Source: Anaeramoeba ignava BMAN
Taxonomy: Eukaryota; Protista; Anaeramoebae
Length of the DNA stretch: 64,000 nucleotides
NCBI GenBank assembly: GCA_028826165.1
Contig: JAPDFW010000054.1
Location: 248,001 to 312,000, forward strand
Direction of reading: 5' to 3'
Positions 38,768 through 48,600 of the stretch are shown piece after piece (position 1 is the first letter of the stretch; each line of letters opens with the position of its first letter). The notes under the pieces are model-generated. The model ran no database searches and was not told where the DNA came from. It worked only from the letters and a program-made list of their open reading frames with translations. The translations under genes and the position numbers were made by a program.

Positions 38768-40036
38768 ATGTCAGTTAAATTAATTAGTTCAACAGGAGAA
38801 GAATTTGAAGTTGAAAAAGAAATTGCAATGATGTCTCAAACAATTAAAAACATGATTGAGAGTAAAAATTTCAAAAAAATAAAAAATAAAAATTAATAAA
38901 AAGTTCTAATTCTTTTATATCATTTTTAAATTAAAAAAAAATAAAAAATAAAAAATAAAAAATAAAAAATTTCCAAATTTAAAACCTTTTATTTATATTT
39001 AATAGCAACTGCTGATGATGCTCCAGTTCCAATTCCAACAGTTAAATCAGAGATTCTTCAAAAAGTAATTGAATTTTGCAGATATCATTATGAACATCCT
39101 TCACCTCAAAAAGATATTGATAAAGAAAAAGAAAGTGAGAAACGATCTGATGATATTGAACCTTGGGATAGAACTTTTTGTGATGTTGAACAGCCTGTCT
39201 TGTTTGAATTAATTTTGGTATAAATTTTTATTTATTAATTTAAGATTTAAATGATTAAAAAAAAATAAAAATAAACGAAAAAAACGCAATTAAAAATTAC
39301 AATTAAAAAAAAGGAAAAAAACGTTATATTTATATTTATATTTATATTTATATTTATATTTATATTTATATTTATATTTAATTTTATATTTATTTTATAT
39401 TTATTTTATATTTATATTTATATTTTATATTTATATTTATATTTATATTTATATTTATATATATATTTATATTTATATTTATATTTATATTTATATTTAT
39501 ATTTTAAATATTTATATTTATATTTATATTTATATTTATATTTATATTTATATTTATTTATATTTATATTTATATTTATATTTATATTTATATTTATATT
39601 TATATTTTAAATATTTATATTTATATTTATATTTATATTTATATTTTAAATTTATTTATGTTTATATTTATATTTATATTTATATTTATATTTATATTTA
39701 TAATTTATATTTATATTTATATTTATATTTTATTTTTATATTTAATTTTTTTATATTTTATTTTATTTTTAGGCTGCAAACTTTTTAGATATTAAATCTT
39801 TACTTGATGTTACTTTATAAAAAACAGTCGCAAATATGATTAAAGAATATATTTATATTTATAGTTATTTTAATTTTCTTTTAATTTTTTTAATTTTTTT
39901 AATTTTTTAATTTTTAAAAACAAAAGGTCGTTCTCCTGAAGAAATCAGAAAAAGATTTAATATTAAAAATGATTTCACAAAAGAAGAAGAAGAACAAATT
40001 AGAAAAGAAAATGCTTGGTGTTTGGAAGACATTTAA
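38768..40036 (+). CDS. SKP1: Skp1 (SCF subunit); exons 38768-38861, 39006-39217, 39773-39845, 39927-40036; in-frame TAA at 39818 and non-GT third donor as assembled
   Basis: Missed by the ORF track. Spliced [15 protein letters not shown]...[48 protein letters not shown] and [14 protein letters not shown]. Confidence 0.9.
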
Positions 40037-40285
40037 ATATTAAGATTCACAATTATGATAATTTTATTTTCAATCTATTTTCAATTCATTTCAAAATATT
40101 CTCAAAAAAAGAACACAAACAATTTTTTTTTTGATTTTCCTTTCTCTTTCTTTTTTTTTTTTTTGCTTTTTTCTTGATGAAAATTGGTTCTTTCTTTTTT
40201 TTTTGAGGATTGAATTTCCAAAAAAAAAAAACAAAAATAACAAATAAAAAGGTTTCTTAATTCTATTTCAAAAGAAATTTAATTT

Positions 40286-41332
40286 TTAATTCTTTTTGGA
40301 ATAAAATTCTATTAATTCTTTTGAAGTGAAAATGCCATGTTCAGTTATAATTTTAGTAACAAGATCGAAAGGAGTAAAATCAAATGCGAAATTTAAACAA
40401 TCAACACCTTCAGGAACAATTCTAGTTTTTCCAAGAACATTAGAAACTTCAAAAGGATCTCTTTCTTCAATTTTGACATTGACACTAGTCTCAGAAAGTG
40501 AAAGAGAAGAACTAGGAGCAACAACATAAAAAGGAACGTTATTGGCATTAGCAGCTAAAGCAACCATGTAAGTACCAATTTTATTAAAAACACCATCAGA
40601 AGTGATTCTGTCAGCACCAACAAAAATTTTTTGGATCTTTCCAAGTCTCATTAACAAACCAGAAGAATTATCGGAAATGACTTTGACAGGTATTTTCTGG
40701 TATTGAAGCTCAAAAGCTGTCAATGTCGCACCTTGTAAACGAGGTCTTGTTTCATCCGAAATCACATTTATTTTTTTCTTCTCTTCGCGGAAAGCATAAG
40801 TGATGGCTGATAAAGCTGTTCCATAAAGAACCGTTGCAAGAGAACCAGCATTGCAGTGTGTAAGAACACAATCACCGTTAGAAATTAAAGAAGCACCATT
40901 TTTTCCAAGCATGAAATTTATGGACACATCTTTTTCAGCCATTTTATTTGCTTTTTCCACCAAAAAATTGCTAATTTCATCAACCGTTTTGTCCGTTTTT
41001 TTAAGTGCGTAAAATTTCTTCATCATTTTTTGTGTTGCCCAAAATAGGTTGACAGCAGTTGGTCTTGTCTTGTCAATTTCTGTTTTTGCCTGTTCAAGTT
41101 TTTCTGTAAAAATTTCAATCTTCTCATCCAAAAACTCAATACTGGCAAGTGCAATTCCATATGCTGCTGTTACTCCTATTAATGGTGCTCCTCGAACTTT
41201 CATTGTGTAAATTGCTTCGGCTATTTCTTTATATGTTGTAAGTTCTACAAAAATTGTTTCGTGTGGAAGTTTTGTTTGATCAATTATTTTCACACATTTT
41301 TTATCTGGAATATATTCTATTGATCGAAACAT
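40286..41332 (-). CDS. mtnA: S-methyl-5-thioribose-1-phosphate isomerase, intronless, 348 aa
   Basis: IDQTKLP, VRGAPLIG, TRPTAVNL, THCNAGSLAT, ETRPRLQG, GADRI and NKIGTY motifs. Confidence 0.93.
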   Translation of the reverse strand: MFRSIEYIPDKKCVKIIDQTKLPHETIFVELTTYKEIAEAIYTMKVRGAPLIGVTAAYGIALASIEFLDEKIEIFTEKLEQAKTEIDKTRPTAVNLFWATQKMMKKFYALKKTDKTVDEISNFLVEKANKMAEKDVSINFMLGKNGASLISNGDCVLTHCNAGSLATVLYGTALSAITYAFREEKKKINVISDETRPRLQGATLTAFELQYQKIPVKVISDNSSGLLMRLGKIQKIFVGADRITSDGVFNKIGTYMVALAANANNVPFYVVAPSSSLSLSETSVNVKIEERDPFEVSNVLGKTRIVPEGVDCLNFAFDFTPFDLVTKIITEHGIFTSKELIEFYSKKN

Positions 41333-41450
41333 TTTATGAGAAAAAAATGAAAATGAAAATGAAAATGAAAATTGAAAAAAAATTTTTTTATTTCCAAAAA
41401 AAAGGAAAACAAAATCTAAAAGAAAAGAAAAGAATAATTTTAATCTAAAT

Positions 41451-41965
41451 TTAAGAATTTTGTGACCAAGAATAACTATTTATAAAAAAAAAATCAAACA
41501 AAATTAATCATAAAAATTTCATAATCAAATAATTTGAAATTGGAATATAAATTTAAATTGAAATTTACTGGCATTTAGGACATTCATAAAATATTGTTTG
41601 TCCTTCATCTGCACTTCTAAGTTGAGCTGTATTAAAAAGTAATTTATTATGTCCACATTTTGGACAAAGTTCATTAATTAAACTTCTACTTTCTTTTTCT
41701 TCTTCTAAATCTTCTGCTTCATCACTTAAAAAATTAATTTCATCCTCAAGATGATGAATAGATTGATGAGTTTTCCCATCAAGATCTTTTTTAAATATCA
41801 ATTTAGTTATAAATTTTATTATTATAAAATTATTTATTAAATTATTTATTAACCTATAACATCAGTTTCATATCCACAAACATCACAAATAATAGAATTT
41901 GATTGAATACTTGTATAATTTAAATAATTATGACAAACAGGACAAAAATCAAAAAAAGGTTCCAT
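41451..41965 (-). CDS. RPA12: RNA polymerase I subunit RPA12; introns 41853-41786 and 41568-41476
   Basis: N-terminal FCPVC..CDVC zinc ribbon and C-terminal CPKCGH..QLRSADEGQTIFYECPKC. Confidence 0.9.
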
Positions 41966-42232
41966 TCAAATAAAAATGAAAAAATGAAAAAATGAAAAAA
42001 TGAAAAAATGAATTTTATTGTTTTTTTTGATAAATTTTTTTTCAATTAATAAAGAAAAGAATGGAAAAGGTTTTAAATTAATTTAAAAAAAAAAAAAGGA
42101 AATTGTTTATTCTGAAAAAAAAAATTTTTTTGCTTTTTTTCTATTAAAAGAAAAAAAGAAAGTAAAAAGAAAGTTAAAAGAAAAAAAGAAAAAAAAAGAA
42201 AATGTAAAAAAAAAAATTTCTTTAATTTGGAT

Positions 42233-45200
42233 TTACTTTAAATGAATATCAGAAATAACTTCTTCAAATTTTCCTTCTTTAAAAAGTTTCCAAATTGATT
42301 CAATATCAGGACTCTATTTTTTTTTAAAAAAAAAAAGCAAAAAAAAAAGTGGAACATAAAATAAAATAAATTAAAATAAATTAAAATAAATTAAAATAAA
42401 TTACCATAAATCGATCTCTTTCCCATTTTTTTGCATATTTTCTAACTAATGCATGAACTCTTTCAAGAGGTTCTGTTGTTTTTAAAGGTCTTAATAAATC
42501 TATTCCTTGGCAAGCAGCTAAAAGTTCAATACTTAAAACTTTTTCAACATTTTCAACAATCATTAAAGCTTTTCTTGCTGCAAAAGCACCCATAGAAACA
42601 TGGTCCTAAAAAGAAATAATTTTTTTTCTTCTTGATGAGAATTTTTTTTTTTCATTTCATTTTGATTTTTCAATTTACCTCTTGCTATTTTATTTTTAAA
42701 TTTAAATGAAAATTTAATTTTAGTTTTAATTTTAATATTTAATTTAATATTTAATTTAATTACTGCTGCTGATGTTGATATTGTATCATTTGAAGAAGGA
42801 TGAACAAGAACTTTATTTTCACTTGTTAAAGCTGCAGCAGTACAATGAGCTATCATAAAACCTGAATTTAATCCTTGATCTTTTGGAATTAAAAATGCTA
42901 TTTTATTTTTTGGAACAATTTAATATTTAATATTTATTTAATATTTATTATTTAATATTTGATATTTATTTATTATTTAATATTTAATATTTATTATTTA
43001 ATATTTATTATTTAATATTTATTATTTAATATTTAATATTTGATATTTAATATTTAATATTTAATATTTAATTTTTAATATTATTTAATATTTGATATTT
43101 AATATTTATTATTTAATATTTAATATTTAATATTTAATATTTAATATTTGATATTTAATATTTAATATTTAATATTTAATATTTGATATTTAATATTTAT
43201 TATTTAATATTTAATATTTATTTAAATATTTAATATTTATTTAATATTTAATATTTATTTAATATTTAATATTTATTATTTATTATTTAATATAAAAACA
43301 CACGAGGTAAACGATTAGATTCATGACCAGAATCATCAATAACATTTGGACCACTCAAATTGCTATTAACAAGCCTTTCTATTCTTCTTTCACTAATATT
43401 AGCAAGCTCAGCAACAGCCATTGAAATCAAATCAGCAGCTTTAGCAGGATATTCACCATGAAAATTACCTCCCGAAATAAAATAATCACCAGCTTTTCTA
43501 TGAGGAACAACAATGGGGTTATCAGTCGCACTATTAAGTTCAGTACTCAATATTGATCTAGCAAACATGAGCATATCATCAACAATCCCATGAATTTGGG
43601 GGATACATCGGAGGGTATAAGCATCTTGAACTGCATGTTTTGATTTTAGAAAAATTTCCGATTGATTATCCTCGCGATGCAGAAGCTTGCGCATACGCTC
43701 TGCCACTTTGATCTGTCCTTTATGTGGTCGAAGCGCATGCAAATCCGCGTCGTAAGCACGCGGTACACCCCTTAGGGCTTCAACTGTCATTGCCGCTACA
43801 ATGCATGATTGTCGCGCAACGTTTTCTGAACGTATAAGTGCTTCTGTCGTAAGCGACGTGATAAATTGCGTCCCGTTGATCATGGCTAATCCTTCCTTCG
43901 CCTTGGGACTTATTGCTGTTAATTGGTTTTTCTTAAGTACTTGTTCTGATGGTTCGTATTTTTGATCTTTTGTTTTCAATTTTTTTGTTTTTTTTTTTTA
44001 TCATGTTGTTCGTAATTCAAGTTTTGATTTAATTAGGAATGTTTGTTTTTGTTGTTCGTTTTATTAGTCATTTGTGTTCATTGTTTTGTTCGTTTTTTTA
44101 TTTTTTTTATTCCTTTAAAATCCTGTTTTTTTTTTTTGAAATTTTTTTTTTGTTTTCTTTTTTTTTACTTTCAAAATCCCACATTTCTCCTTCTCCCATA
44201 AGTCCAAGTGCAAGATGAGCTAAAGGAGCAAGATCTCCACTTGCACCTACACTTCCTTTCTCAGGAATTTCTATTTTAATTTTGATTTTAATTTTAATTT
44301 TGATTTCGATTTTAATTTTAATTTTGAATTTGATTTTTATTTTGATTTTAATTTTGATTTTGATTTTAATTTTGATTTTTGATTTTAATTTTGATTTTGA
44401 TTTTGATTTTAATTTAGATTTTGATTTTGATTTTGATTTTAATTTTGATTTAAATTTTCATTTTGATTTTAATTTTAATTTTGATTTTAATTTAAATTTT
44501 CATTTTGATTTTAATTTTAATTTTGATTTTGATTTTGATTTTGATTTTGATTTTGATTTTAATTTAGATTTAAATTTTGATTTTAATTTTGATTTTAATT
44601 TTAATTTTAATTTTAATTTTGATTTTAATTTTGATTTTGATTTTGATTTTGATTTAAAAAAAAAACGGACTTGGTAAACAATCATGGTTAAACGCATCAA
44701 TTAATTTATTTAAAGTTTCCAAAGAAATTCCACTATAACCTTTTGCCAAAACATTAATTCTCAAAGCCAATAGCATTCTAGTACGAGTAGGAGACAAAGG
44801 ATCACCCACACCAGCAGCATGAGATCGAATCAAATTTTGCTATAAAAGAAGAAGAAATAAGAAGAGAAAAAGAAATAAATGTAAGAAAGAATATTGAAGG
44901 TCTTTAAATAAGGATATTTTAACTCACTTGAAGATCAATTAAATTTTCATTTGAAATTAAAACATTTGCAAAATTGCCAAATCCAGTGTTAATTCCATAA
45001 ACAACTTCCCCACTATTTGCAAGTGAATCAATGCAACTTCTTGACTCCTTGATTTTTCTAATTGATTCCTTGCTTAAACTTATCCTAAATTCTCCTGTAC
45101 TTAGTTGCATTAATTTTTCGGGACTTAAACTACTTCCATCAAGTTCAAAATTCCCTTTTTTTTGCTTCTTGGAAAATGAAAATAACCGCAGATTTCTAAC

Positions 45201-45383
45201 GTATTTTTCTTCAAATCCTATTTTTTTTGTATTGGTTCGTATTTTCTTCTTCTTGTTGTTGATATTATTTAATGAAAAGAATTTTTGACTTATTTTTGGT
45301 AATTCAATTTTTTTTAAAATTATTGATTGTATTTTTGTTAAAAATTTTGTTGGATTTATTCGTAATATTTGTTGATGAAGCAT
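42233..45383 (-). CDS. hutH: Histidine ammonia-lyase, 603 aa; exons 45383-44928, 44839-44671, 44270-44169, 43966-43304, 42897-42764, 42684-42679 (6 nt), 42605-42405, 42313-42233
   Basis: [14 protein letters not shown] (His specificity), GASGDL (MIO), [24 protein letters not shown] and TSAA-QE-DHVSMG. All seven intron phases are consistent (1812 nt). Confidence 0.93.
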
Positions 45384-45618
45384 AATTAATTAATAATAAA
45401 AAAAAATGAAAAAAATTTTTTGATATTTTTTTTATTAAATTTTTTTTTTTTTTTTTGATCGAAAAAAAGAATTAAAAAAAAAGAAAAAAGAAAATTGATT
45501 CATCAAAAAATATGAATCAATTTTGATTTTGATTTGATTTGGATTTTGAATCAAAAAATATGAATCAATTTGGATTTTGATTTGGATTTGGATTTTGATT
45601 TTGATTTTGATTTTGATT

Positions 45619-48600
45619 TTAATTTTTTGATTTAAATTCCTTTTGAAAAATTATTTCCTTTTTTGGTAAATTTTTAATTTTTTCTTGAATTATTGAGAAT
45701 ATTTTTGATTCAATATCTGCTAATAATTTTGAATTAATAGAATTAATAATTTTTTGTTTAATTTTTTCGGAATTAATATTTAAAATTGGAATTGATTGAA
45801 TTTTTTCCATTTTAATTGGAAAAGAAATAATGAATTGATTTTCAATTTGATTTTCAATTTGATTTTGATTTTGATTTTGATTTTGATTTTGATTTTCGAT
45901 TTGAAATATTTGAAAAGCTTTTTTAAGTAATTGATTTTGTAAATGAATTGTATAATCAATCATATTTTCAATTAACATAAAAATTTGGAAATTTTGATCT
46001 AATTTTTTAGAAGTTAAAATTTTAATTCTTTTTAAGCAAATATCCCAAAATATTTTGAAATGATAATAATTTTTATGAGAGTTAATATTTTTTGAATAAA
46101 TCCATTCAATAAAATTTTCATTTTGATTTTGATTTTCATTTTGATTTTTTAAATTATCAAAAATTATACTTGAAATTTCAAGAAATTGTGGAAATAAATT
46201 CAAAAATTTCAATTCTTCTAAATTTTCAAAAAAGAAATCAAGTGCAAAAGTTTCTTTCTTTTCTTGATTTTTTTTGGAATTAATCAAATCAAAAATTTGA
46301 AACAATTCTTTTGATCCAAAATTTTGAAAAATCCATTTTTTTTCGATCTCTGGTTTTGTTATTTCTTGAATTAAATCAACTTGAGAAATTGGATTTGCTT
46401 GAATTAAATTTAAGATATCTTGTTGATTTTTTTTACGAATTTCTTCTATATTCTTGTGAAATGAATTTTTGTTATATTTTTCTTGGTTTTGAGTCTCTTC
46501 TGAAAATTTAACCAAAATTTGATTATAATAAGCAAATGAATCTTTAAAAGGAATGTTTAATAAATTTGCTAATATTTCATTATCATTATTAATATGTTTT
46601 AAAAATATACTGTAAGTTTCATCTGATGAAAATTGATTTGAAACAAAATAATTTTTAAAATTAATAGAAGGATGATAATAAGTATCAAAATTAATTAAAC
46701 AAGATAAAAAGAATGAAGTGATCATCAATCGAATAATTCTAAAATCAATAGGATCAATTCCAGAAATAGTAACAAATGGATTTCTTTTTGGATATTCATT
46801 TATTATTGGATAAATTGTATTTGAAAATAGTGAAACTATCAATTCTTTTTTTTCTTGTGATATTTTCAAATCATCTTTAATTGATTCAAATCCATTCCAA
46901 TAAGTTTTTATTAAATCTTCTAAATCTTTAATTTCTTTAATTTCTTCATTTTTTGTTAACATTTCAAAAATTCCATTTAAATGAATAAAAGGTTTTATTT
47001 TCTTTTGAAGTATAATCTTATGTGTTTCCAAAATAATTTGTTTAATTTGAGGTGAAATTATTTCCATATTTGATATTTTTTTCGAAAGGAATTGAACTTC
47101 TTCTTTTTTTTCATTATTAGTAAGTAATTTAAAATGTGAATCTATGAAATTTTTTATAGACTTGGTTTGTTTAAGTTGATTTTCTTTTATGAATTTTAAG
47201 AGATATCCAGAACCTTCCTTTTGATAAATTATTCCAAAAAGATAAATAAGAAAATCTTTTCCTTCATTTTGTAATGAAAATATTCTAATTTCTGGAAATT
47301 GTTGAATTAATGATGATGGATCTTCAAAAATTTGATTTCTTATATTGAATAATTGATTCATCTTTTCAAGATTAAATGGTGGGCTTGTAAATTGAATTAA
47401 TCTTGAATTATTAATAATTCTTTTTTCTTCTTCTTCTTTCTTTTCTTCTTCTTCTTTCTTTTCTTTTTCTATTTGTTGGAGATTTTCTTCTGTGATCAAA
47501 TTAATTTGGAATTTTGTTTTATATATCAATTTTTTTGCAATTATTTCTTCTAATTGTTTATCTTCCCAATCTGAATCAAAAATATATTCATTATTTTCCA
47601 TTTCGATTTTGATTTCATTTTCATTTTCATTTTCATTTTCATTTTTATTTTCATTTTCATTTTCATTTTCATTTTCATTTTCATTTTGATTTTGATTTTG
47701 ATTTTCAATTTGATTTTGATTTTGATTTTCAATTTCATTTTCATTTTGATTTTGATTTTCATTTTCAATTTCATTTTCATTTTCATTTTCATCTACATTT
47801 TCATTTTCATTTTCCTTTTCCTTTTCCTTTTCCTTTTCAATTTGATTTTCATTTTCATTTTGATTTTCATTTTCATTTTCATTTTGATTTTGATTTTGAT
47901 TTTCATTTTCATTTTCATTTTCCTTTTCATTTTGATTTTGATTTTGATTTTGATTTTCATTTTGATTTTGATTTTGATTTTCATTTTGATCTTGATTTTC
48001 TTTTTTAATTTTAAAATATTTAAAACCTGAATCGAAAATATATTCTTGATTTTCCATTTCCATTTCCATTTCCATTTCCTTTTCATCTTCATCTCCAAAT
48101 TCAAGTGGTATGAATTCATCATCTTCTTGATTTTCTTTTTTAATTTTAAAATATTTAAAACCTGAATCCAAAATATATTCTTGATTTTGATTTTGATTTT
48201 GATTTTGATTTTGATTTTGATTTTCATTTTCATTTTGATTTTGATTTTCATTTTCATTTTCAATTTCATCTGATATGAATTCATCATCTACATTTTCATT
48301 TTCATTTTCATTTTCATTTTCATCTTCAATTTCAATTTCATATTTTACAAATTCATCATTTTCATTTTCCTTTTCCTTTTCATTTTCAAATTCATCTGAT
48401 ATGAATTCATCATCTACATCTTGATTTTCCTTTTCAATTTCATTTTCATCTTCAATTTCAATTTGATATTTTACAAATTCATCATTTTCATTTTCCTTTT
48501 CCTCTTCAATTTCCATTTCCTTTTCATTTTTATCTCCAATTTCAAGTGGTATGAATTCATCATCTTCTTCTTGATTTTCTTTTTTAATTTTAAAATATTT

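Noticed and set aside
39818-39820. Possible TAA stop-codon reassignment
   Set aside because: TAA terminates most genes here (tubulin, mtnA, HAL, BEACH), and the site also has an extra codon relative to the consensus, pointing to a local error.
44905-44920. ATATCCTT (U12-type donor consensus) in HAL intron 1
   Set aside because: It lies 10 nt inside a normal GTGAGT..TAG intron; using it would break the frame, and no U12 branch site is evident.
40286-45383. mtnA and hutH as a transferred bacterial operon
   Set aside because: They are separated by eukaryotic RPA12, belong to unrelated pathways, and hutH has seven introns.
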